Source of the DNA: an uncultured Armatimonadetes bacterium
Lineage (GTDB): Bacteria; Armatimonadota; UBA5829; DTJY01
Direction of reading: 5' to 3'
Assembly (NCBI GenBank): GCA_963717145.1
Contig: OY970325.1
Coordinates: 416,001-480,000 of the forward strand
Length of the DNA: 64,000 nt
The notes below the pieces were generated by a model. That model was not told where the DNA came from. It made no database searches and saw only the letters and a program-made list of their open reading frames with translations. Of the stretch, positions 50,751 through 61,267 are shown piece after piece; the first letter of the stretch is position 1; each line of letters opens with the position of its first letter. The translations under genes and the position numbers were made by a program.

Positions 50751-50828
50751 TTCCTCCGTGATAGAGTGGTTGAGTAGTTGACCATCAAGGGTATACCCAC
50801 CTTTTAGGCATCCAAACCAAGGCTTTCA

Positions 50829-50870
50829 GATGCTTCGGCAGCAGAGGCCCGGCGGCGCTGCCGAAGCATC
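50829..50870. promoter_or_regulatory. Conserved leader hairpin (gene D)
   Basis: GATGCTTCGGCAGC...GCTGCCGAAGCATC, 14-bp perfect stem. Confidence 0.68.
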
Positions 50871-50945
50871 GACAAGTGATAGGGGTGGGGTCTCCGGATC
50901 GGGGTCCGTGTGCAGGAATCGCATGCACGGTAACCGAATGCAGAG

Positions 50946-52244
50946 GTGTTGGTGGGGATCCGCCCGAAGAGTGTGAGTAGGAGATACGCCTTGAGCAGAT
51001 GGTTTCTCGTGTTGACAATGCTTTCCGCAAGGATATGCCTGACCGTCGCAGATGCGAAGCCGATCCTCGACCGGAGCGATGAGCCTTTCCGCATCATGAA
51101 CTGGTGGAGTCCGGTCAGGGAGCATCTGACCGAGAAGCAGGTGGACCTCATGGTCGGGAGCGGCCTGAACTTCCTGCTGTTCATGGGATACACCCCCGAG
51201 CACTGCAAGCGCGCGCTCGGCTATGCGTCGAAGTACCCCTGGGTCGAGGCGCTCGTGTGGGATGAGCGCATATTCGGGGCAGACCCGGATATCCCCGGCT
51301 CATCGAAGAACATCGATGCGGTCGTCAAGGACTACCAGAGCTATCACGCGTTCAAGGGCTTCGTCGTTCGGGACGAGCCGCCGGTGAAGGAGTACGCCCG
51401 CCTGGGATGGGTGTTCGACTACACCCGCGAGCGATGGCCCGGCGTCATCCCATACGTGAACCTCTATCCCAACTATGTGAACGCCGCCGATGTGGGGGCG
51501 AAGGACTATGCCGACTACATCCGCCGGTACATCGCCCTCCGCCCGCCGATGGTATCGTACGATCACTATCCCTTCCTGACCGAGGCCCTCGCGCCGGAGT
51601 GGTTCCATAACCTGGAGGAAGTGCGCCGGGAATGCCTGACCGCGGGGATTCCGCCGTGGGTGATAGTCCAGTTCTCGGCATGGCCGGGGATGCGTGCTGT
51701 GAATCAGGGCGAGCTGCGATGGTGCGTCTTCTCCGCGATGGCGTATGGGTACAAGAGCGTGTGCTACTTCTGCTATGCCACTCCTGAGGAGGTATTCACC
51801 CAGTGCGCGATCAACCTTGACGACACGGTGAATGCGGAGCGCTATGCCCTCCTGAAGCGGGTGAACAAGGATGTCGCTGCGCTCGGCCCGGTGATGATGG
51901 CGCTCACCTCCAAACGGGTCTATCACACTGAGCCGCTGCCGGCGGGGACACAGGGCGTCCCCTCAGACGGCTGGGTTCGGGCGTTCTCCGGCGGCGAGTG
52001 GATGGTCGGGGAGATGCGGGGCGAGCACAGCTCCTACGTCATGCTCGTCAACCGGAATCCGAACAAGGCGCAGAGTGCCTCGGTAAGCTGGTCCCCGGAT
52101 GTCAAGGCGGTCTACCGCGTGTCCGAGGACCTCTCTCTGCAGCCGGTCCGACTGCGAGCCGGGAAGTCGGGCCAGCGCGAGAGTTCGGTCAGTCTGCCCG
52201 CCGGTTCAGGTGCGCTCTACTGCATCGAGTTCGCAGGAGGATGA
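50946..52244 (+). CDS. Secreted putative glycoside hydrolase (GH-A-like TIM barrel); start uncertain
   Basis: RDEP, YVNLYP and SYDHYPF motifs; C-terminal beta domain. Confidence 0.6.
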   Translation: MLVGIRPKSVSRRYALSRWFLVLTMLSARICLTVADAKPILDRSDEPFRIMNWWSPVREHLTEKQVDLMVGSGLNFLLFMGYTPEHCKRALGYASKYPWVEALVWDERIFGADPDIPGSSKNIDAVVKDYQSYHAFKGFVVRDEPPVKEYARLGWVFDYTRERWPGVIPYVNLYPNYVNAADVGAKDYADYIRRYIALRPPMVSYDHYPFLTEALAPEWFHNLEEVRRECLTAGIPPWVIVQFSAWPGMRAVNQGELRWCVFSAMAYGYKSVCYFCYATPEEVFTQCAINLDDTVNAERYALLKRVNKDVAALGPVMMALTSKRVYHTEPLPAGTQGVPSDGWVRAFSGGEWMVGEMRGEHSSYVMLVNRNPNKAQSASVSWSPDVKAVYRVSEDLSLQPVRLRAGKSGQRESSVSLPAGSGALYCIEFAGG

Positions 52245-52245
52245 T

Positions 52246-53289
52246 ATGAGGTACAGAACACAGGCGATAGTGGCGCTACTCCTGCTCTGGGGATGTACGT
52301 GTGCCTCTGGGCAGGACCTGAAGTTGTTCGGGACGCTCGGCAAGCTCGAACCTGTCTCCTCGTGGGATAGTGGGAAGGCCAAGTCCGTGGTCCTGGTGTA
52401 CAGGAATCGCGGAGTCGTGTTCCAATCATACGCTGGGAGCATAATGGTTGCGGCGGTGTTCGCCCCTGCCTCCTCCCGGTCTGTCGGTTCACACGCCATG
52501 CGGGCGAGTGACCTGGTACCCGGTGTCGGTGCGCGCGGAGTGATGCTGGGAGCATCCATGGATCAGGTGAAGCAAAGCCCGTTCATCATCGGTGCGAAAC
52601 TGGAAGCGGATCAGGCGGACGGGGCGATGTACAGAGGTGACCGGAACGAGATTCTGATGGTGCGCATCACTGGCGATAGCGTATCGCAGCTCGATATCAT
52701 GGGGGCGTTTCGGACACCGGAGGGCGTCACAGACAGGAGTACGATCCCGGAGATCGAAAAGGCATACGGTCGTGCGGATCAGTACTATCAGATCACCGAT
52801 GCTCGAAACCCTTTAGCGTTGCTTATCGTCATGCCTGTTCTGCTGGCCCTCGGGTTGGGATTCGGGTTGCTTGCGGGAATCATCATACGCGGCAGGATGC
52901 AGGACGATTCCGGGAGTGGGGCGCTGGTCCATGCGATGGTGATCGCGGGCGCGGGGCTGGCCGCATACTCGTTGCTGTTCGGCTTCGTATTCCTCCGCTC
53001 GATGGGCATGCCCGTCGACTGGAAGATAGTGCCCGTCAACATGGTTTCGGCGGGCATCACGGGCGCGATATGCGTGCTGATAATGAAGGTTCTCAAGAGT
53101 CGCATGACCGGCTGCCTGGGCGCCCTGGTCATCCTGTTCTCGATGGAGCTGGTTTCGCTGGTGGTCACGTTGCTGACGACGGGGACAGGGCCGGTAACCT
53201 TCGATGCCCGGGGAATGCTGGGCGGCATTCTGTACCTGCCCTTTGTGATCGGCTTGTTCGTCACCGGCAGGCCGAAGACCCGGTCGTAA
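52246..53289 (+). CDS. Membrane protein with extracytoplasmic N-domain and about five C-terminal TM helices
   Basis: Signal peptide, hydrophobic C-terminus, RBS. Confidence 0.7.
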   Translation: MRYRTQAIVALLLLWGCTCASGQDLKLFGTLGKLEPVSSWDSGKAKSVVLVYRNRGVVFQSYAGSIMVAAVFAPASSRSVGSHAMRASDLVPGVGARGVMLGASMDQVKQSPFIIGAKLEADQADGAMYRGDRNEILMVRITGDSVSQLDIMGAFRTPEGVTDRSTIPEIEKAYGRADQYYQITDARNPLALLIVMPVLLALGLGFGLLAGIIIRGRMQDDSGSGALVHAMVIAGAGLAAYSLLFGFVFLRSMGMPVDWKIVPVNMVSAGITGAICVLIMKVLKSRMTGCLGALVILFSMELVSLVVTLLTTGTGPVTFDARGMLGGILYLPFVIGLFVTGRPKTRS

Positions 53290-53379
53290 TAGTGATCGTA
53301 CTGGACGTTGGTGCGGATTTGTAATCCAGCACCCGAGGGCCACCTGGCATCTGTGATGCCGAGGAGGAGACTGTTGCTA

Positions 53380-54585
53380 ATGCGACCTATATGGATCATC
53401 GCGGTGACTGCCTCGCTGCTCCTATGCATAGGCATGTCCGGCTGTCGCGGCTCGAAACGAGCTGAAGCGGGACCGCCTGCCGCGCGGATGTTATACGCAG
53501 TCGCGTCGAAGTCCAAGTGGAGTCTCCGGACCGCCACCTGGCCCAACCCAAAGCCCACTCCCCTGAATCCTCACGTCCTTGGCAGATACCGTCTGGGCAG
53601 CTTCATCCGCGACACTCAGTTCTCGACCGACGGGACGAAGGTGCTCCTTGTCGCCACTACTATGCTCCCGAACGGCAAGGAGACGGAGCTATCGGATATC
53701 AATGAGGTCGGCACCGATCTCTGGATACTCGATCTGAAGGCCAACATACTGAAGCCGCTTACGACTGATGGCTTCGGATACCAAGACGCGAGGTGGTCGC
53801 CGGACGGCCGCTACGTCTCCGCCATCTGTCTCGAGGGTGATGACATCCCTGGGCATCTCGAGCACGTGGCGGTTATGATGGACAGCACCTTTCAGTACGA
53901 TCACAACCTCTACGTCTGGGATACCTACACCGGGAAGCGCGCAAAGTTGGCGGAGTACGTGGATAATGCCATCTGGTTTCCGGACAGCAGGACGATCTAC
54001 TACGAAGGCGTGGAAGGTCAGAGAGAGACGAGTATAATATTTCGTATGGACGTGATCAGGCGCAAGCCGACGAAGATCGTGGTCGGCAACCCAAATGTGT
54101 ACCTGGGAGAGTGGTCACCGAACGGCAGATACCTCGCGTATATCACCGACAGGGTGGAAGCAGGGCGAAGCGGCAATGTTCTGGCGGTGCTTCGCCGAGG
54201 CAGCAAGGAGCCGAAGTTATTCAAGGATTATGTGTCTGGACATATGTGGTCGCCGGATAGCCGCAAGCTCCTGGTCTTCTCGGAGGAAGGTCGTTATCGT
54301 CGATCTGACTCCAATCTGTTAGTCCTTGATATCGCCACAGGGCAAGTGAAGACGCTGCACGTGGTTCTTGGAGAGGATGATGGAATAGCGGCGTGGTCGC
54401 GGGATGGCAAGTGGTTGATCGTCACGCGTTACCTGAAGCCCGATCCGGTTTGGAGCATGCAGGTGGAGGCATACCCCGTCGATGGAGGTAAGCCCGTCGT
54501 CCTTCTCACGTCGCCCGAACGGACGATTGCCATGGTCTGGCACGAGCTGACGCCTCAAGAGGCTAGGGAAGAGGGGAAACCATAG
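53380..54585 (+). CDS. TolB-like beta-propeller lipoprotein
   Basis: MSGC lipobox; repeated WSPDG motifs. Confidence 0.78.
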   Translation: MRPIWIIAVTASLLLCIGMSGCRGSKRAEAGPPAARMLYAVASKSKWSLRTATWPNPKPTPLNPHVLGRYRLGSFIRDTQFSTDGTKVLLVATTMLPNGKETELSDINEVGTDLWILDLKANILKPLTTDGFGYQDARWSPDGRYVSAICLEGDDIPGHLEHVAVMMDSTFQYDHNLYVWDTYTGKRAKLAEYVDNAIWFPDSRTIYYEGVEGQRETSIIFRMDVIRRKPTKIVVGNPNVYLGEWSPNGRYLAYITDRVEAGRSGNVLAVLRRGSKEPKLFKDYVSGHMWSPDSRKLLVFSEEGRYRRSDSNLLVLDIATGQVKTLHVVLGEDDGIAAWSRDGKWLIVTRYLKPDPVWSMQVEAYPVDGGKPVVLLTSPERTIAMVWHELTPQEAREEGKP

Positions 54586-57014
54586 TGAAGCATCGCACGT
54601 TGATTTCTGGAATGCTGATCATGCTCAGTCTCGGAACAGTCTGCGCACAGGAGGGGAAGATGAACACCATCGAGCCGAATATGGAGATCGCAAAGACGTG
54701 GTGGGCCGACATGGAGAAGAAGTGGACCGTCGTCGGGTGGCCGGAGCACCGCACGCGGTTCAACGTCCTCTACGACGGGACGCTGGTCAACTACTTCGCA
54801 TTCCATCACCACCCGACCGCCCCCGCGGGTTCGAGGCCGGATATCCCCGAGCCGTTCACCCAGTTCGCCTTCACCCCGGCGGCAAGCATCGGCGAGGTCA
54901 CCGCGCCCGCCTACAACATCCCTGCCGACTACCACGATGTCGTCCAGGGATGGGCCGACTCCGAGACGCCGGTGCTCTGGAGCGAATGGGCCTGGCACGG
55001 GTATCTCCTCCGCTCGCAGGTCTTCGTGCACACTCCAGGTGGCAAGAAGCTTGAGCGGGGCGACGAGCCGCTCTTCGCATGGGTCCGGCTCGCCGTCCAC
55101 TACGTTTCGCCCGGCCTTCCGTTGGAGCAGACTCCCGGCTTCGGCATCAGGATCAACTCCTTCGCGGTCAACGCCTCGATGGAGGTGAAGCACAACCTGA
55201 ACACCCTCAACGCCAAGCCGAAGTATCCGCGGGAGTTGAAGGCGGAATATTCGCCGATGGGTAGTGGCCGTGCCTCTGTGCCGGCCAGCGAGGTGACAGA
55301 GGCCGGCACAGAGGCACGGCCACTACTTGTCCTCGAACCGGACGGCCGGGTACGGATGGCCCTCGCGCCTGGATCAGCCGTCAAGGCCGAGTTCAAGGCC
55401 GGCGCTCCCACCGCCGATGACAGCCTCCTGTACGTCCAGCTTCCCCCGACGCAGGGATCGCACGTCGATCTCCTCATCCCCATGCTCCCGACCGACCGCG
55501 ACACCTTCGACAAGGAACTCGCGCTGGGATACGACGGCGCATTCAAGGAGGCGGAGGCCTTCTGGAAGAAGACGTCCGCCGCCACGAAGTTCGAGGTCCC
55601 GGAGGAAGGCATCACCCAGGCGATCAGGCGCAACCTGCAGATCAGCCGCATCACCTCCGAGAAGTGGCCCGACGCCGGGACCTACGTCATGACCGGCGGG
55701 TTCTGGTACGGGATCGCCTGCTGGGGGACTCCCGTGTGCACGGCGATCGTCCGATTCCTCGACCCGCTCGGGTATCATGGCGTCGTGGAGGAGTACCTGA
55801 GGCCGTTCAAGGACACGCAGGGTAGGGTGCTTCCCCCCGGTGACGGATTGAAGCAGCATCCCGGATACCTCGGCGTCCCACCCGAGACGGCGATCATCAA
55901 CTGGCTGCCCGACCACGGCGCGATCCTCTGGACGATGGCCGAGCACGGGCTGCTCACCCACGACGCGAAGTTCATCGAGGAGTACACGCCGGTGATCGTC
56001 AAGGCGTGCGAGTGGATACGCGACGCCCGGCGGACGACGGTCGAGGGCGCGGTGCCGGGGATCATGCCGCCCGCGGGGGCGTCGGACGATGAGTCGCACA
56101 TCCAGAACTGCTGGACCGACGGCTGGATCTACAAGGGGCTCACCTCCGCGGTCGACTTCCTGAAGATGACCGGCAACCCGCGCGCCGCCGAGTTCGAGGC
56201 CGAGGCGAAGGAGTACAAGGCGACATTCCAGAAGGCGTTCCGGGCGAAGGCGAAGACGACCGCGACTTGGACCGACGACGCGGGGAAGGTGCGGCACATG
56301 GTCCCGTTCTCCCTCTCGAAGGAGCAGGACTGGCAGTGGCGATTCCTATTCTACCTTGACACCGGTCCGATGCACCTCGTGTTCTCGGAGTTGATGGACG
56401 CCGATGACCCGCTGATGAAGGATGCGGTCGCATGGTATCGCGAGGGCCCGCCGTCGAAGATGTATCGTCCCTACGGCGACCTCACTCATGTTCCATCGCT
56501 GAGGTACGAGATGTCGAGCTGGGAGTGCTGCTACAGTTGGAACGTCTACCACAACTGGCAGCTCGGCGACCGCCGGTATTTCCTGGAGGGGCTCTATTCG
56601 CAGTTCGCCGGCGCGATGTCACAGCAGACATACACCGTCTGCGAATCACGCGGCGGGATGACGTCGGGCATCTTCTGGATTCCTGCGTTCGATGTCGCGC
56701 GTCAGGCGGTGATCGACGATCAACTGGAGGAGGGGAAGCTCCATCTCCTCCGCCTCTGCCCGCTCGCCTGGCTCGAGGGTAAGGGGTCGAACTTCGAGAA
56801 CATGCCCACGCGCTTCGGCCCGGTTGATCTGCATGCGAAACTTACCGGCAGCCAACTCGATGTCTCGTACTCGATCCGCCCACATTCCCCATCAACCATG
56901 AACCCTCAACCATCAACCATTCTCCATCTCCCGGCGGGCCTCAAGTCCGTCACCCTCAACGGCAAGCCTCTGAAGTGGGATGGGATGGCGGAGAAGGTGG
57001 AGATCCGGCCGTGA
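54585..57014 (+). CDS. Secreted putative (alpha/alpha)6 glycosidase-like protein
   Basis: Signal peptide, Trp/Asp-rich helical core, PTRFG C-terminal beta domain. Confidence 0.6.
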   Translation: MKHRTLISGMLIMLSLGTVCAQEGKMNTIEPNMEIAKTWWADMEKKWTVVGWPEHRTRFNVLYDGTLVNYFAFHHHPTAPAGSRPDIPEPFTQFAFTPAASIGEVTAPAYNIPADYHDVVQGWADSETPVLWSEWAWHGYLLRSQVFVHTPGGKKLERGDEPLFAWVRLAVHYVSPGLPLEQTPGFGIRINSFAVNASMEVKHNLNTLNAKPKYPRELKAEYSPMGSGRASVPASEVTEAGTEARPLLVLEPDGRVRMALAPGSAVKAEFKAGAPTADDSLLYVQLPPTQGSHVDLLIPMLPTDRDTFDKELALGYDGAFKEAEAFWKKTSAATKFEVPEEGITQAIRRNLQISRITSEKWPDAGTYVMTGGFWYGIACWGTPVCTAIVRFLDPLGYHGVVEEYLRPFKDTQGRVLPPGDGLKQHPGYLGVPPETAIINWLPDHGAILWTMAEHGLLTHDAKFIEEYTPVIVKACEWIRDARRTTVEGAVPGIMPPAGASDDESHIQNCWTDGWIYKGLTSAVDFLKMTGNPRAAEFEAEAKEYKATFQKAFRAKAKTTATWTDDAGKVRHMVPFSLSKEQDWQWRFLFYLDTGPMHLVFSELMDADDPLMKDAVAWYREGPPSKMYRPYGDLTHVPSLRYEMSSWECCYSWNVYHNWQLGDRRYFLEGLYSQFAGAMSQQTYTVCESRGGMTSGIFWIPAFDVARQAVIDDQLEEGKLHLLRLCPLAWLEGKGSNFENMPTRFGPVDLHAKLTGSQLDVSYSIRPHSPSTMNPQPSTILHLPAGLKSVTLNGKPLKWDGMAEKVEIRP
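55261..55326. repeat. 66-bp GTAG REP inserted in frame
   Basis: Same arms as the intergenic 25279-25343; encodes SGRASVPASEVTEAGTEARPL. Confidence 0.85.
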
Positions 57015-57039
57015 CTCGGCGACCACATTGAGGTATAAT
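57011..57039 (+). promoter_or_regulatory. Cassette promoter GTGACT-N17-TATAAT
   Basis: Matches 37103-37131. Confidence 0.65.
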
Positions 57040-57082
57040 GATCTTAGGAAGGATGCAAGGCGCATAGCCCCGACCACACAGC

Positions 57083-57397
57083 ATGAATGCAGACGAAGCA
57101 ATAGGAATAATGGTCGAGCGGATAGCAACACGCTTCAGGCCGGAGAGGATCATCCTGTTCGGCTCGCGCGCTCGCGGAACTGCGGAACCCGACAGCGATG
57201 TCGATCTGCTCGTGGTCTTCTCAACGTGTGTGGATCGGAAGGCTGCGAGCCTATCTATCATGAAAGCCCTCGCCGATCTGCCCGTCGGCAAGGATATCGT
57301 TGTCACTACATCGGCGGAACTGGCGACGCGCGGGAGGCTGGCCAGCACGATTCTGTACCCCGCGTGCCACGAGGGTAAGGTGCTCTATGCCGGATGA
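57083..57397 (+). CDS. Minimal nucleotidyltransferase (MNT) antitoxin
   Basis: LFGSRARG...DSDVDLLV and EGKVLY motifs. Confidence 0.9.
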   Translation: MNADEAIGIMVERIATRFRPERIILFGSRARGTAEPDSDVDLLVVFSTCVDRKAASLSIMKALADLPVGKDIVVTTSAELATRGRLASTILYPACHEGKVLYAG

Positions 57398-57791
57398 ACT
57401 GATACTGAAGGAGACAACTCGTTGGCTTCAATACGCCAGCGAAGACCTCGATGCCGCACGCATTCTGCTGCAATTCGAAACCCCGAGGCACGTCTGCCTG
57501 CTCGCGCAGTAGAGCGCGGAGAAAGCGATCAAGAGCATCTATGCTTTTCTGGACATGCCTATCCAGAAGAGCCACGACCTCGACATGCTCAAGAACCTCC
57601 TTCCTGACGGATGGTATACCAAGAGTGAAGCAAAGGATCTCTCCGAGCTGAGCTTCTGGGCGGTTGAGTCGCGTTATCCCGGCGATCTACCGGAAGCGAC
57701 GAAGGAAGATGCAGACAATGCTCTGGCCAAAGCAGAGTACATCCTTCGGTCCGTTCAAGACGATCTCCGAAGACACGGGTTTGCCAGTTGA
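57387..57791 (+). pseudogene. HEPN toxin with an in-frame TAG at 57510-57512
   Basis: W...A.EDL..A, AQ*SAEKAIK, KSHDL and RYP motifs in one frame. Confidence 0.85.
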
Positions 57792-58163
57792 CCTCGGCCC
57801 CTCGCCCCTGGTGTCCTCTGTGCCTCCATGGTCTCCCTTCTGACTCCTGACGCCTCGCTCTTCACCCTACACTCCCCTTTCCCCACCGAAGGCAGAGGGG
57901 ATTGACCGGGGTAGGTATAATTACCAGATTTTTGTGAAATGATTGACAGAATCGTCAAGAGGCGTTAACATCTCCTCGGGAGTTGTAGTCTCCGTGCCCC
58001 GATCAACCGCTCCATGCAGGTGAAGGCACGGGGATCGTCAGCTCACAAAACCACCACCGGCTTCCTGGGAACATCCATCGCATGGCCTATCCCCTGAGCA
58101 AGTCTCCGGATATGTCACGGGAAGCGGACCACCATCGCAGTACCTTATTGGAGAGGGCAAGAA

Positions 58164-61100
58164 ATGTCACATTGGAAGGGCAATCGTTTTGTCGGATTCA
58201 GTCTGTTGGTCTCCGTCACCTTACTCGCCGCACTGACGCTCCTCATGCTGACTGTTCCGGCGCTCGCGGCCCCGGACGCAGGCGCACCAGGGCAGATCAT
58301 CTCACAGGGAGCGAAGCCGTTCTCGGACACCTGGAAGGCCATGGGGAAGCGGGACGCATCCCTGAGCAAGTCCTCTTCCCGGAAGCCGGAGTTCATCCCC
58401 CGCAAGAAGGATCCGCGTTTCAGCACGAGAACGTCTGTCGGCGGGACCGCCGTGCAGCAGGAGCGCTCGCTGCCGGTCATACAATCACCGCAGCCGATAG
58501 GCACGAGCTTCCAGGCGATCAACTACCAGGACCAGATCAACGCATTCGGCGGCGGATCCTTCCCGCCGGACACCATGGGGGCCATCGGCCCGAGCCACTT
58601 CATGGAAGTGATCAACTCGTCGGTCGCCATCTATGACCGGGTGGGCACGCTCCAGAGCCACGTGAGTCTCAACAACTTCTTCACCGTCGTGGTTGGAGGC
58701 GTCACCTATCCCCGGAACGGCGCATTCGATACCAGAGTGCTCTTCGATCGGCGGAGCGATCGCTGGTTCGCCATCGCCCTCGAGCGGGGGAATCCCTCGC
58801 GCACCCAGAACCATATCCTCCTGGCCGTCTGCCGAACCAACGATCCCACGACGGGTACTTGGGACAAGTATGTGATCCAGGTGGGCGTCGCGAACCAGGG
58901 AGCAACGACCTACTTCAGCGACTACGATACCCTGGGCGTCGATGATAACGGCGTCTACTTCGCAGTCTCGATCTTCGGCTCGGACAACTCCTTCCGCTCG
59001 AAGATCGCCGCGACCGGTAAGGCCTCTCTGATCGCCGCAACGCCGGCTCTGGGGGCGATTTACCAGTGGGACAACATCACGGACATGTTCTCGACTCCTC
59101 AGCCGGTGCAGAACTACGACGGGGCAGGCGCGACCTCCCCAGCCTGGTTCGTCGGCGGATCGTCGACTGTCTACGCTGACGTGCTCTACCGCACCCTCAA
59201 CTGGGCCACGGGAGCACCCGCACTGAGCGGCCCGAGTACGGTAGTGAGCACGCCGGCATATGGCGCGCCGATCAATGCTCCGGCTAACGGGAGTACGACG
59301 AATATCGACGTAGGCGATGACCGGCTGCTGAGTGCCATGATCCGCAACAACCGGCTGTGGACCTGCCGGCATGTGGGAGTGAATTCCAACGGCGGCGACA
59401 CGAATCCTACCCGCACGGGATGTGAGTGGCTGGAGCTGGATCTTCCGGGACACCGGCGTCACTCGCCCAGAGCGGACGGGTGTACGATTCCGCCTCCAGC
59501 GGTCCGCGGTATTACTACTTCCCATCCATCGCGGTAAGCGGCCAGGGCCACGCGGTCATGGGCTTCTCGGGATCGAGGTCAACGGAATACATCGGCGCAT
59601 ACACCTCCGGGCGATACGCCGGTGATGCGGCGGGAGTGATGGGAACTCCCTCCCTCATCAAGGGCGGTGAGGCCGCTTATACCCGGCTGGATGGTTCCAG
59701 CCGTAACCGCTGGGGCGACTACAGCTACACCAGCATCGACCCGAATGATGACATGACTCTCTGGACGATTCAGGAATATGCATCCAATGTGGGCACAAGC
59801 AACTGGGGCACATGGGTCGCCTCGATGATGGCCCCAGCGCCGGCGCTGATGCCCGTGCCGCCTCCAGCGCCCACCTTCTGCGCCGGGACGTTCGGCAATA
59901 TGTTGACGCTCAACGGCGGGAACTTCTACGATCCCGGCCCCGGATTCGCCAACCGCCTGATGGTGATGTTCCCCGGCGGAGCGATCAACGGGATACTGGT
60001 TACCGGCATTGGATGGATGGGCCCGGGCATGGTCAATGTGTTCTTCGATGTCATGCCGATCGCCAGCGCCGGTCCACGGAACATCATGCTGACGAACCCG
60101 GATGGCCAGGTCGCCTTCGTTCCGAATGGCATCAACATATTGGCCGGCCCGACGATCATCGACCAGACCAGGGATCTGACCGCGTGCCTGGGTCAGCCGG
60201 AAGTGATGTGCGTGCACGCCACCGGCACGCCGCCGATCACTTATCAGTGGATGAAGAACGGCCTGCCCATCCCCGGTGCCACGATGAGTTGCTACAACAT
60301 CCCATCCGCCACATGTCTCGACATGGGTATGTACCAGTGCATGGTGACGGACACATGCGGGACGATCCCGAGCATGCCGATCCCGGTGCAGGTTACCGGT
60401 CCGCCTCAGATCATGCAACAGCCGGAGAGCAGGGTGGCGTGCATGGGAGAGATGGTGAACTTCTGCGTCGGAGCTTTCGCCGAGTGCGGAGGCGGCATCA
60501 TGAACTACCAGTGGCGGAAGAACTGGATCGACATCCCGGGCGCAACCAACCCCTGCTATGATACCATCGCCAACCCGATGTCCGCCGGAGCATACACCTG
60601 CCTCATCAGCAACCAGTGCGGCGTGGTGGTGAGCGCCGAGGCCCGGTTGGGAGTAGGTCCGTGCATCCAGAAGATCTCCCAGGTCAAACATGCGCCGGAC
60701 GGCTTCCAGTTCGTGATCAAGGGCAAGGCCGTCGCCGCCGCCTTTGCGAACTACTTCTACATCGAGGAGACGGATGCGAGCAAGGGGATCCGCGCCGAAG
60801 AGCCCTCCCATGGCCTGAGCATCGGCGACTCGGTGGACATTCAGGGCATCGTGCGGACGAACACCTATGGCGAGCGGTACATCGATGTGCAGTTGGCGGT
60901 CAAGAACGGGAGCGGGACGGTCGGTCCACTCCTGATGACGAACCGCGAGCTTGGCGGCGCGGACTGGCAATACATCTCGGGCAACGGCGCGGGACAGCAG
61001 GGAGTGCTGGGCGGAGCGGGGCTGAACAACATCGGCCTGCTGGTGACGAGTACCGGCGCGTTCACATACGTCAGCTCGACCCGCTTCACCATCGATGACG

Positions 61101-61267
61101 GCTCAATGGGCGGCGTCACGGTGGACGTTCCCTCCACGGTGACTCTCGACTCCGGCTGGCAGTACGTGACTGTGACCGGGATAAGCTCCTGCAGGAAGCC
61201 GGGATCAGACGTACTCCGCTGGCTCCTGGTCCGCCAGCAGTCGGACATAGTCCCTCGCCTGCCGTAA
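58164..61267 (+). CDS. Large secreted protein (beta-rich N-domain, Ig-like repeats, C-terminal OB-like module), frameshifted near 59445
   Basis: Signal peptide; PPD..GA.GP and RWGDY motifs; YQW.KNG Ig domains; FYIEE..GIR and GLNNIGLLV C-terminus. Confidence 0.78.

Noticed and set aside
47238-50870. Integron cassette array with attC sites
   Set aside because: The hairpins lack RYYYAAC/GTTRRRY cores, no integrase is present, and the genes are paralogues
36429-57512. Stop-codon recoding (Sec/Pyl or alternative code) at the in-frame TGA and TAG
   Set aside because: Both codons terminate many normal genes here; the positions fit CGA>TGA and CAG>TAG mutations
57985-58160. Riboswitch upstream of the large secreted gene
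   Set aside because: Only one CCGTGCC/GGCACGG stem; no recognisable aptamer consensus
2426-60970. Long antisense or alternative-frame ORFs (e.g. 2426..3613, 10870..12477, 19250..20557, 31487..33457)
   Set aside because: Shadow ORFs of GC-rich genes overlapping well-supported CDSs
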